DNA of 64,000 bases from Polyangiales bacterium (GTDB lineage: Bacteria > Myxococcota_A > Polyangia > Polyangiales > Polyangiaceae). Position numbers and translations under genes: made by a program. The stretch is taken from the NCBI GenBank assembly GCA_038230375.1, contig JBBRNJ010000013.1, positions 1-64,000 of the forward strand, in the 5' to 3' direction. The notes below the pieces were generated by a model. It saw only the letters and a program-made list of their open reading frames with translations, was not told the DNA's origin and searched no databases. Shown here one piece after another: positions 1 through 8,856 of the stretch. Every line of letters starts with the position of its first letter. Within the stretch, counting starts at the first letter, position 1.

Positions 1-282
1 CACGGTGCCGTCGAAGCGACCGAACTTGGGCGTGAGCGCCATCCCGAACGCGGTAGCGCACGCGGCCGCCTTGTTCGCGTCGAATGAAGCGTCCTTTGGC
101 GCGGATGCGTCCTGCGCGCTCCCGCCGCCATCCGTGGTGCTCGTGGCGCCGCTGTCTTGCCCCGACACCGATGCGTCGTCGGCTTGTCCGGCGGTCCCTG
201 CGGAGGAGCCGCTGCACGCCGCAAGCGGAGCCAGCGCGACCAACGCAACAAGCGAGAGGCCAAGAAGAGGGCGAAGCATCAT
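1..282 (-). CDS. Lipoprotein, 5' part (runs off the window edge)
   Basis: Manual translation from ATG at 282: MMLRPLLGLSLVALVALAPLAAC-SGSSAG..., a lipobox followed by a DAS/DGG linker; the frame stays open to position 1. Confidence 0.7.
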   Translation of the reverse strand, partial: MMLRPLLGLSLVALVALAPLAACSGSSAGTAGQADDASVSGQDSGATSTTDGGGSAQDASAPKDASFDANKAAACATAFGMALTPKFGRFDGTV

Positions 283-363
283 GGTGCCCACTCTCTACGA
301 CCCGATCGGCGCGCTGTCCAATGACGTTCCCGTGTCGCGCCCGTTGGGGTGACCTGGCGCGAG

Positions 364-1086
364 CTAGCGCGAGTACGTGAGCGACATCTTTGCCGATGCG
401 ATCGTGTGTGCCGTCACTGCTGCGTTCGTCTGGGTCGCGGTGCTCGCCATGGAGACGCCAGGAAGCGTGGCGATGTCGAGCGCATGCACGGTGATCTCGT
501 AGGTGTGCGCGCCGCCGCCCATGGGCGGACACGGAGACAGGAACTGCGCGCCCGAGAAGTCGCCCAGAGATTGGTGCGCAGAGGGCGCGGCCACCGTGTA
601 CCCCGCGGGAATATTTGTCGTGAGCGTGTCGGTCGCCGCGGACATGTCGTAGATGAGCCAGTGCACCTTGGCGGGGTTGAAGAACGCGTCGACCATGACG
701 ACGGCATAGCTCTGCGCGATGGGCCCGCCGGTCCATTTCAGCGGCGGCGATTGGTTCGCGTTGGCGCCGCCACAGGCATACGCGGCCGGCCAGGTACCGC
801 CGCTGGTGAGCAGCGTGCTCGTGAGCGTGAGAGGGGTGGAAGCGTCGGCTCCGTTGCCAGCGTCCTTGCCGGCGGTGCCTGCGTCCGTGTTGCCGGTACC
901 GCCACCGTCCGTGGTCCCGGAGGTCGAACCGTCCGTGGAGCCACCGCCGGCTGCGTCGCCGTTCGCGCCAGCGTCCGTGTTGCCATTGCCGCCGGTGTTG
1001 TTCGTGGTCGAAGACGATGATGAGCAGGCCACCACGAGCAATGCCCCGAACGACAGCCCGAAGATGACGCGAGAGCGATTCGACAT
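364..1086 (-). CDS. YbhB/YbcL family (PEBP/RKIP-like) lipoprotein
   Basis: Lipobox LVVAC, GT-rich linker, then NQSPPLKW, YAVVMVD, VHWLIYD, SPCPP, HTYEITVHALD; start taken at ATG 1086. Confidence 0.85.
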   Translation of the reverse strand: MSNRSRVIFGLSFGALLVVACSSSSSTTNNTGGNGNTDAGANGDAAGGGSTDGSTSGTTDGGGTGNTDAGTAGKDAGNGADASTPLTLTSTLLTSGGTWPAAYACGGANANQSPPLKWTGGPIAQSYAVVMVDAFFNPAKVHWLIYDMSAATDTLTTNIPAGYTVAAPSAHQSLGDFSGAQFLSPCPPMGGGAHTYEITVHALDIATLPGVSMASTATQTNAAVTAHTIASAKMSLTYSR

Positions 1087-1150
1087 GCCTCGAGCGTAGC
1101 TCATCTTGGCCGGGTTTACGTGCGACGCGCGACAGACTAGGTTCCGCGCC

Positions 1151-2938
1151 GTGCGTCGCGTCTTCATGACCGTCTTGCTTGCAAGCTCCGTCGCCACGGG
1201 CGCGAACTTCGGCTGCCACGGCAACGATCTCAACGCCACACAGGATGCATCCGACGACGGCGCGCAGAGCGACGCGGTGGCCGAGCCGATCGACGCTGCC
1301 ACCTTCGACGCAGGTCCAGGCAAGGAAGCCAAGCTGGCCGCCGTGAACTTCATGGTGTCGATCATCGACCAGCCGGCGTGGCCCGAGAGCAAGCTGGGTC
1401 CGAAGCGCCTTGGCTACCTGCGCGCCGGCGCCATGGTGTTGGCCTACGACAAGGCCATTCCCAACGACGACTGCAAGGAGGGCTGGTTTCAGCTGGTCTC
1501 CGGCGGATACGTCTGCGGGAAGGCCGTCACGTTCGAGCTCACGAGCTCACGCGTGAAGCTCGCGCCGAAGGGCCCCGACGTGCACGCGGGCATGCCGTAC
1601 CGCTACGGCGTGAACCTCACCGACGACACGCCGCTCTACCGGCGCGTCCTCAACAACGACGACCGCAAGAAGTTTGAGCCGTGGCTCATCCCGAAGCCCG
1701 CAGCCTCCGAGACCCCGCCCGACGAGAGCGAAGCGAAGGGTGAGCCCGCACCGGTCGCGAGCGCAGCCCCCGCAAGCAGCGGCGCAGGCGCGAGCGCGGG
1801 CACCGACGAGCATGCGCAAGCGGAGGACGATCCCGAGCAGCCGAAGACACGCGCCGGCGCGATCGTCGACGCGGGCGCGAAGGACGCAGGCCCGAAGCGC
1901 CTCAAGGGGCTCCGAGGTCACGGCGTGCTCGTGCGGAAGATGGTGCGCGGCTTCTACCTGGCGCTCGATCGCGACTTCAAGGCGGCGAACGCGCGCTGGT
2001 GGCGCACCACGTTTGGCTTTGCTGTCCCGTACGACCGCATCATGGTGCAGCCCGGCGTCACCAAGCATCACGGCGCGTGGTTCCAGCCCCTGGCGCTCGC
2101 GGCGGCTGGCGCAGATGCGGGCGTGTTCGCCTCCGGGCTGCCACGCGTCGACGCCGGCGGATTCGGCGCGTTCCTCGCGAGCATGGACGCAGGCACGGTC
2201 GCGGCGGCGCTCCAGGTCGATGGTGGCGCGAGCGGCGGCGCTGTGGAGGCGGCGTTCGCAACCACGGGCTATGGCATCAAGGTCGACATCCGCTGGAACG
2301 AGAAGGACGGCAAACCGAAGATCGTCTCGTCCGCGGAGCTGCCGAAGCGAACCGCTGTGGGGCTGACCGGCGCGCGCACGATCGTATCGGGCGTGACCTA
2401 CGCGGAGACCGCCTCCGGCTTCTGGGTGCGCCCGCAAGACGTCACGCCCGCACATCCGCTGACGCCGCCCGATCTGGCGCCCAACGAGAAATGGATCGAC
2501 GTCGACATCACGCGGCAGTCGCTCGTCGCTTACGAAGGCCAGACGCCAGTGTTCGCCACGCTCATCTCCACGGGCCGCCGAAACGCGCAGGACAAGGAGC
2601 ACGACTTTCCCACGCCGCAGGGCAACTTCCACATCCGCGAGAAGCACGTCACCACGACCATGGACGGAGACGTCGCCTCCGACGGGCCGTACTCGATCGA
2701 GGACGTGCCGTGGGTGATGTACTTCGAGGGCAGCTACGCGCTGCACGGAGCGTTCTGGCACGATCAGTTCGGCCACATGAGAAGCCACGGCTGCGTGAAC
2801 ATGGCGCCCGATGATGCGAGGACGCTGTTCGCGTGGTCGGAGCCACACCTGCCCGATGGGTGGCACGGAGTCATGGCGACGGAGGAGCACCCCGGGACCA
2901 GGCTGGTGATCCACGAGGACGCGCCACAGAAGAAGTAG
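1151..2938 (+). CDS. L,D-transpeptidase (YkuD family), myxobacterial multidomain type
   Basis: C-terminal KWIDVDITRQSL..., TPQGNF, ALHGAFWH and SHGCVN (catalytic His and Cys); start uncertain (GTG 1151 or ATG 1166). Confidence 0.9.
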   Translation: MRRVFMTVLLASSVATGANFGCHGNDLNATQDASDDGAQSDAVAEPIDAATFDAGPGKEAKLAAVNFMVSIIDQPAWPESKLGPKRLGYLRAGAMVLAYDKAIPNDDCKEGWFQLVSGGYVCGKAVTFELTSSRVKLAPKGPDVHAGMPYRYGVNLTDDTPLYRRVLNNDDRKKFEPWLIPKPAASETPPDESEAKGEPAPVASAAPASSGAGASAGTDEHAQAEDDPEQPKTRAGAIVDAGAKDAGPKRLKGLRGHGVLVRKMVRGFYLALDRDFKAANARWWRTTFGFAVPYDRIMVQPGVTKHHGAWFQPLALAAAGADAGVFASGLPRVDAGGFGAFLASMDAGTVAAALQVDGGASGGAVEAAFATTGYGIKVDIRWNEKDGKPKIVSSAELPKRTAVGLTGARTIVSGVTYAETASGFWVRPQDVTPAHPLTPPDLAPNEKWIDVDITRQSLVAYEGQTPVFATLISTGRRNAQDKEHDFPTPQGNFHIREKHVTTTMDGDVASDGPYSIEDVPWVMYFEGSYALHGAFWHDQFGHMRSHGCVNMAPDDARTLFAWSEPHLPDGWHGVMATEEHPGTRLVIHEDAPQKK

Positions 2939-2940
2939 TC

Positions 2941-3039
2941 GACAACGACAACGACAACGACTTCGACTTCGACCTCGACTTCGACCTCGACCTCGACTTC
3001 AACCTCGACCTCGACTTCGACCTCGACCTCGACCTCGAC
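2941..3039. repeat. Degenerate hexamer tandem repeat GAC(AAC/TTC/CTC), 16 units
   Basis: gacaac x3, then mixed gacttc/gacctc units and one aacctc; fills the gap between two convergent stop codons. Confidence 0.95.
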
Positions 3040-4383
3040 CTACTCCGACGCGATGTGCGGGTTCAGCTGCGTGGCCTTGGCTTTGAGGTCCTTGGCCTTT
3101 GGTGCGTCGCCTTGTTTCTCGGCGATTTCTGCGGCGACCCAGTAGAGCTTTGCGTTCACCAGGGGCATCGACAGGGCGCGATCGATTGATTTCTTCGCGT
3201 CCGTGGTGAGGCCGTTTGCGAGCTGCGCGTCTGCGAGCGCGACGTAGCTCGTGCTGTTGGGCCGTAGCTCCACGTTCTTTCGCAGCAGCTCCAGTGCCTT
3301 CTTTGGTTCGTGGGTCTTCATGTAGAACTCGGAGGCGTGCCAGTACATTGCCTCGGGGTACTTCGTGACGAGCACCTCGTATCCGGCGTGCGCCTTCTGC
3401 GCGAGCGCCCGCGCCTCGTCCTTCTTTCCGCCTAGCTCGTACAGCTCGGAGAGCGCCTGCGCGAACTCTGGATCGTCCGAGAGCTTCACGACGTCCTCGT
3501 AGAGCTTCGTGGCCTCTGCGTCCTTGCCCATCATGTGCAGTGTCTCTGCCAGGTGCTCGGCGCCTGCGACGTACGTGGGCATCCGCGCGATCGCCTCGCG
3601 GAAGAACGTGCACGCCTCGTCCAGCCGGCCCACCTGCACGCGCTGGATCCCTCGCTGCAGATCCAGGTGCGCGACCCCGAGCGGGCCCGTGTCGGAGACA
3701 AGATCCTCCGCGGCCTCGTACGCCGCATCAATGTCGTCCTGCGCGCCGCCCGTGTCCTGCAGCAGCTGCGCCTCTCGCATCCAGGTCCCGGTGGACGGGT
3801 AGTCGCGGCGCGCCTTCTTGATGGCTGCGATGGCGGGCTCGTACTTCCCGTCATTCCAGTCGAGCTCCGTCGCGACGGCAGCGATGCGCTCGGGCGCGCC
3901 TCCCTGCTTGCGCGCGCGCTCGAGATCCGCGCGCGCCTCCTTGAAACGATGCAGGCTCTGCTCCTGCTCCGCGCGCGACAGCCAGCCATCGGGTAGCTCG
4001 GGCGAGAGCTTCGTGAGCTCCGTCGCCTGCTCGATACCCAATGCGAGCTCGTCGAGATCGCCGCGGTAGCGACCGCGCGTGTGGTGCGAGCCGCTCAACA
4101 TTGTCAGGTTCGAGGTGTTGGTCGGGCTCTTCTTGACCAGCCGCTCGAGCTCCTTGATGCGCGCGTCGAGGTTGCCGAGATAGATGTCGGCGCCGGTCGT
4201 CCTTAGCTCGGCTTGCGTCTTTGGTCTGCGCCGGAGCGCGCGTGCACCACCATCACTGTTGCCCCCAGCATCGGGGGTTGCGCTGGTCAGCACCGCCGCA
4301 TCACGAATCACCTCACCGACTGTCGGGTCGGGTGTGCTCCCCTTGCTGCATGCGATCAAGAAGAGGAGGGCGATTCGACGCAT
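3040..4383 (-). CDS. Tetratricopeptide-repeat lipoprotein
   Basis: Lipobox FLIAC; successive helical TPR-like units (e.g. SRAEQEQSLHRFKEARADLERA); divergent from DUF4331-type genes. Confidence 0.8.
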   Translation of the reverse strand: MRRIALLFLIACSKGSTPDPTVGEVIRDAAVLTSATPDAGGNSDGGARALRRRPKTQAELRTTGADIYLGNLDARIKELERLVKKSPTNTSNLTMLSGSHHTRGRYRGDLDELALGIEQATELTKLSPELPDGWLSRAEQEQSLHRFKEARADLERARKQGGAPERIAAVATELDWNDGKYEPAIAAIKKARRDYPSTGTWMREAQLLQDTGGAQDDIDAAYEAAEDLVSDTGPLGVAHLDLQRGIQRVQVGRLDEACTFFREAIARMPTYVAGAEHLAETLHMMGKDAEATKLYEDVVKLSDDPEFAQALSELYELGGKKDEARALAQKAHAGYEVLVTKYPEAMYWHASEFYMKTHEPKKALELLRKNVELRPNSTSYVALADAQLANGLTTDAKKSIDRALSMPLVNAKLYWVAAEIAEKQGDAPKAKDLKAKATQLNPHIASE

Positions 4384-4509
4384 CCGGTGGATCTACACGA
4401 TCCCAGGGCCGGATCGAGGATTGCGCACATTTGACCACTGAGACGGCAAAATGTCCGTGAATGTAGGTGCAGGTGCGGTGGCATCCGTGTTGCGTGAAGG
4501 GTCTACATC

Positions 4510-5178
4510 ATGAACCTCAAGGCCCTCGCAATCGCTCTCCCGCTCCTCGGAATCCTGGTCGGCGCACCGACCGAGAGCTTCGCGTCGGACCACGTGGACG
4601 GCCTGAAGACCGCGCTCGACAACGCCGCGGACCTGACCGACCTCTACACGTTCGTGAGCCCCAAGGACCCGACGAAGCTCGTCATGGTCCTCAACGTCCA
4701 CGGCATCGCATCGTCGATGTCGCGCTTCTCGAACGCGGTCGACTACAAGTTCCGCATTCGCCCCATCGACGACGCGACCAAGCTCACCCCCGCGCCCGAC
4801 GCGCGCCGCGAGCAGAGCATGGTGTGCAGCTTCTCCGGCGGCATCCCCTTCATCGACGCGAACCAGCACGCGACGTGCACGTTCAACTTTGGCGCGACGA
4901 AGCAGGTCGTGCGGTTCGACACACGCAGCGACAGGTACTCGGCCGGCGGCGACGGAGCAGCGGGCGGCGTCCGCGTCTTCGCGGGTGTGCGCTCCGACAC
5001 CTGGTTCCTCGATGGCGGAAAGACCGTCAAGTACGTCTACTCGAACGAGCCCGTCTCGCAGGCCGCAGGGTCGAACCTCCTCGAAGGTCAGAACGTCCTC
5101 AGCATCGTTGTCGAGGTCGACAAGGCCAAGCTCGCTGGACCGCTCCTCGCCATCACCGCCCAGACGGTTCGTAAGTGA
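4510..5178 (+). CDS. DUF4331-family protein (N-terminal-type motifs), secreted
   Basis: Signal peptide, then ASDHVDG...ADLTDLYTF, RFS..VDYKF, RVFAGVRSDTWF, NVLSIVVEV. Confidence 0.75.
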   Translation: MNLKALAIALPLLGILVGAPTESFASDHVDGLKTALDNAADLTDLYTFVSPKDPTKLVMVLNVHGIASSMSRFSNAVDYKFRIRPIDDATKLTPAPDARREQSMVCSFSGGIPFIDANQHATCTFNFGATKQVVRFDTRSDRYSAGGDGAAGGVRVFAGVRSDTWFLDGGKTVKYVYSNEPVSQAAGSNLLEGQNVLSIVVEVDKAKLAGPLLAITAQTVRK

Positions 5179-5825
5179 AAGCCAAGACCATGAAGACCAT
5201 CAAAGCCATCGCGCTCACCTTCGCCTTCGCCTCCGCGTCCCTCGTCTTCGGCTGCGCCCAGCAGGGTGAGTCCGCCGAGACCCAGCCCGAGACCGCGAGC
5301 GAGGATCTCGTGATGTTCCCCGGCAGCGTCGATCACGTCGGCATCGTGGAGTCCACGACGATGATGCTCGTGTCGGGTGCAACTGACTTCGCCACCGTGC
5401 TCGACTCCTACAACCAGGACGACCCCTTCGCGCTCAAGACGGCGCACTACCAGGCCGCATTCGCGAAGAACCTCCGCAAGTTCGACGTCCGCGACGGCAA
5501 GAGCGAGTGGACCCCCGACCAGGTAACGGCCTTCTCCACGCGCATGGCGAGCGGCAATTATCAGGTGATCGACACGTCGATGCCCTGCGACTACGCGACT
5601 CCGCACACGTACCTGGAGATCGAGCGCGCGCAGCTCACCGGCAAGCGCCACCAGACGTGCGGCGGCCGCATGCCGAACGAAGACGCGATGGACGTCACGC
5701 TGAATTTTCTCATCCGCGGCCCGGCCGCGAACATCACGGGCCCGGGCGCACTGCGCGACGGCGTGGACCAGGCCACCGCGAAGAGCACGAACACGTTCCC
5801 GTACCTCGCCGACCTGAACGAATAA
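5175..5825 (+). CDS. DUF4331-like lipoprotein (C-terminal-type motifs)
   Basis: Lipobox VFGC; CGGRMPNEDAMDVTL and terminal TFPYLA; GTGA overlap with the previous gene (alternative ATG at 5190). Confidence 0.7.
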   Translation: MKAKTMKTIKAIALTFAFASASLVFGCAQQGESAETQPETASEDLVMFPGSVDHVGIVESTTMMLVSGATDFATVLDSYNQDDPFALKTAHYQAAFAKNLRKFDVRDGKSEWTPDQVTAFSTRMASGNYQVIDTSMPCDYATPHTYLEIERAQLTGKRHQTCGGRMPNEDAMDVTLNFLIRGPAANITGPGALRDGVDQATAKSTNTFPYLADLNE

Positions 5826-5850
5826 GACGATCGACGGGAGGACGCGAGAC

Positions 5851-7725
5851 CTACATCTTGCCTGCGTAGTCCAGGATGACGCGGGCCACGCCTGGGGCGC
5901 TTGTTGGCGAGAAGTGCGAGCCGTCGGGCCTCGCGTATTTGTCTTCTGTTGGCGTTGTGTCGTCGCACGGTACGGCTTTGTCGTGGCAGAAGACGTCGTC
6001 TATGTTGACGACCTTGATGCGCGGGTCGAGCTTGGCGGCGTCGCGTACCATCTGGTTCCATTGCTCCGCCCAGTCGTGGTGTTCGAGCAGCTGACGCAGA
6101 AAGAAGTTGCAACCGACTGCCGGGCAGCGGGCGAGCATCCCCCTCCCCGGCCTGTCCTGCTCGATGAAGAGGATGCGCGCGCCGCCGACTGTGAGCCTGT
6201 CGATCTCGTTGCGTAGATCCGCCTCTTGCGCCTTCCAGAACTCCGGTGTGCCTGGACGTATGTGACGACCATCGGGCTCCACGCGGTCCGCGAGATCGTA
6301 GCGAGACCACCACACCACGACGTCGGGCCGCTGGTCGACCACCAGGTCGTGCTGCAGCTTCGGCACGTCCACCAGGCACTCCTCGCTGTGGTTCCACGGA
6401 TTGCCCGCCTCATCGACGACCAGATACGGGAAGGTCGCGCAGCCGCCGACGGATGCAGAATACACGTACCAGTGCCGCGCCTCTGCCTCCTTGGCGACAT
6501 ACGGCAGAAGGCGTTTTGGTACAGAGTCGCCCACCAGCAGAACGGTGAAGCCTTGCTTCGGCGGCGACTTCACGAGAAGCACCGTCAGTCCGCACAAGGC
6601 AACGAGGAGCAGTGGCGTCATCCACAGAAGCCGTCGGGGCGAGAGCGGCGTGCTGAGGCGGCCATGACGGATCGGCTTCTCGACCAGGAAGTAAGAGACG
6701 GTGGAGATGGCGATGGTCGCGACGAGAATGGCGAGCTTGCCGAGCGGCGTGTCCGCGCCCTTCGTGGTCGTGCTCCACACGATGAGCGGCCAGTGCCACA
6801 AGTAGAAGCCGTACGAGATGGCGCCGAGCTTCTCCACTGGCCCGAACGACAGGATTCGAGAGAAGAGCGTTGGACCGCTCTCCACCGCCATGATGAGGAG
6901 GCAGCACGCAAAGACGAAGCCGACCGCGCCGCCGGTGAAGTAGGCGCGCGCGATGCCCTCCTTCGTTCCCAGGGTAGCGACGCCCGCGATGACGCCGACA
7001 AGACCGACCACGAACATGGCAGAGCGCGTGCGCGTCGCGAACGCTCGGACACGCTGGCTCTGCCATGCAGCCGCGAGGAGCGCCCCGCAGAGCGGCTCGA
7101 ACGCGCGCGTGTCCGTGCCCATGTACGCGCGCTCGGGATGGGTGGGCCCGTAGAAGATGAAGAGCAGCACCGCGGATGCCGCAGCGAGCACCAGCGACAG
7201 CGCAGCCACTACGCGCTCCGGCGACGCCTTCCGCCATCGCGCGTAGACCAGGCAGAGCGCGACCGTCGCAGGCCAGACGACGTAGAACTGCTCCTCGATC
7301 GCGAGCGACCAGACGTGCTGCAACGGCGACACCGTGTCGTCGTTCGAGAAGTACGACGATGATGAGATGAATCGCCAGTTCGCCAGGTAGACGACGCTCG
7401 CAATCACGTCCTTCTGGACCTTTGCACGCAAGAAACCAGGCGCCTTCCACGCGGCCCAGCCGATCACGCTGATCGCCACCACCGCGAACGCAGGAAGCAG
7501 TCGGCACACGCGACGCCCCCAGAAGGCGCCGACCGAGACCTTCTGCGTCTTCTCGATCTCGAGGAACAGCAGCTGCGTGATCAGGTACCCCGAAAGGACG
7601 AAGAAGAGATCCACGCCAAGAAACCCGCCGCTCATCTTCGGAACGTTCACATGGAACGCGAACACGAGAAGGACGGCGACCGCGCGAAGTCCGTCGAGCG
7701 CGGGGCGCCTGCCAGGGGGGGCCAT
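5851..7725 (-). CDS. Acyltransferase family 3 with C-terminal SGNH domain (OafA/OatA-like O-acetyltransferase)
   Basis: LDGLRAVAV..H, GVDLFFVLSGYLIT, HVWSLAIEEQFY, ISYGFYLWHWP; SGNH part has GDS and DGSH. Confidence 0.92.
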   Translation of the reverse strand: MAPPGRRPALDGLRAVAVLLVFAFHVNVPKMSGGFLGVDLFFVLSGYLITQLLFLEIEKTQKVSVGAFWGRRVCRLLPAFAVVAISVIGWAAWKAPGFLRAKVQKDVIASVVYLANWRFISSSSYFSNDDTVSPLQHVWSLAIEEQFYVVWPATVALCLVYARWRKASPERVVAALSLVLAAASAVLLFIFYGPTHPERAYMGTDTRAFEPLCGALLAAAWQSQRVRAFATRTRSAMFVVGLVGVIAGVATLGTKEGIARAYFTGGAVGFVFACCLLIMAVESGPTLFSRILSFGPVEKLGAISYGFYLWHWPLIVWSTTTKGADTPLGKLAILVATIAISTVSYFLVEKPIRHGRLSTPLSPRRLLWMTPLLLVALCGLTVLLVKSPPKQGFTVLLVGDSVPKRLLPYVAKEAEARHWYVYSASVGGCATFPYLVVDEAGNPWNHSEECLVDVPKLQHDLVVDQRPDVVVWWSRYDLADRVEPDGRHIRPGTPEFWKAQEADLRNEIDRLTVGGARILFIEQDRPGRGMLARCPAVGCNFFLRQLLEHHDWAEQWNQMVRDAAKLDPRIKVVNIDDVFCHDKAVPCDDTTPTEDKYARPDGSHFSPTSAPGVARVILDYAGKM

Positions 7726-7737
7726 GGACCCGCTTAC

Positions 7738-8841
7738 CTACTGCGTCGTGAACGCCCAGTCGAGCTTCACTGGCGCGGCCCCCTGCGTGGCCTCCACGTG
7801 AACGCGATACTTCTTGCCCGGCGTGAGCGGCTTGTTCGCATACATCACGTATGCATCACGGAGGAACTGCGAATCGGCGGGGCCGATCCACACGTGGCCG
7901 ATCAGGGCGGCGTCGCCATCGAGCGTGAGCGTGTGCGCCGTGATGGTTGCGCCCATCAGGAAGACGGTGATCGGATAGCCGCTGGGGAAGCCCGTGGGCG
8001 GCGCGGGAGGCGTGGGCCCTTCGTTGCCGCTGAAGGACGTGGGTACACCGGTCTGTCCGTCGTACGGGTAGTTCGCGACGGTGTTTGTGGGAGCGCTTGC
8101 GCCCACGCCGAAGTCCGCGGTGTCGCAGCCTGCGGCGCTGCCGTAGCCAAAGTCACGCACCCACGGACTGAGCAGAGGCGGGCGATGCCACACGCTGTCG
8201 ACCCACTGACCGACGGCCTGAGTTGGGTCGCCCACGAACGCCATGTCCTCCGACGCGGGCTGACCGTTGTAGCCCGCCACAGCCATGCGATCGTAGAACT
8301 GCGCGCCCACGTACTGCGTGCACGCCATCACCTCCACATGCGGGTTCGACACGCATGCACCCATGCCGGCGTTTGCCTTGTAGTACGTGCAGTGCTTGGT
8401 CGCAGACGTGTCGAGCGCGGGCGCGATCACGGAGCATGGGCTGCCGATCTTCGCGCGGATCCCGTTCGCGATCGTGATCGCGGTGGTGGCGTCGGCCGGA
8501 GCGCCGGTGGGGGCTGGGCAAGCCTGTCCCGACACGCATGAGCCCGCCGAGCACGAGAACCCCATCTTGCATGCATGACCGCAGATGCCGCAGTTCGCGC
8601 CGTCGGTCTGGGTGGAGACGCAGGCGCCCCCGCACGGAGTCTTGCCGTTGTCGCACCCACCGCCGTCGAGGAGCGGCGTCGTGCCGCCCTCACCGCCCGC
8701 GGTGCCCGCCTCCGGTGTGACACCGCTGTGTGTGGTGCCACCGTCACCGCCGCCAGCGTGTGTCCCGTCGAGGGAGCCCGACTCCGAATCACAGGCCACG
8801 ACCACGAGGGCAACCGCTGCGAAGGGCAAGAGCTTGCGCAT
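7738..8841 (-). CDS. CAP/SCP-domain lipoprotein with a myxobacterial Cys-rich motif
   Basis: Lipobox VVAC; CGGACVSTQTDGANCGICGHAC; CAP-like NGIRA...SATKHC...WVDSVWHR..LL. Confidence 0.75.
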   Translation of the reverse strand: MRKLLPFAAVALVVVACDSESGSLDGTHAGGGDGGTTHSGVTPEAGTAGGEGGTTPLLDGGGCDNGKTPCGGACVSTQTDGANCGICGHACKMGFSCSAGSCVSGQACPAPTGAPADATTAITIANGIRAKIGSPCSVIAPALDTSATKHCTYYKANAGMGACVSNPHVEVMACTQYVGAQFYDRMAVAGYNGQPASEDMAFVGDPTQAVGQWVDSVWHRPPLLSPWVRDFGYGSAAGCDTADFGVGASAPTNTVANYPYDGQTGVPTSFSGNEGPTPPAPPTGFPSGYPITVFLMGATITAHTLTLDGDAALIGHVWIGPADSQFLRDAYVMYANKPLTPGKKYRVHVEATQGAAPVKLDWAFTTQ

Positions 8842-8856
8842 GCCTTCAGGATACGC

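Noticed and set aside
2941..3039. Possible CRISPR array or DxDx peptide gene (ORF 2833-3189)
   Set aside because: The period is 6 bp with no spacers and no cas genes; the ORF overlaps two real genes
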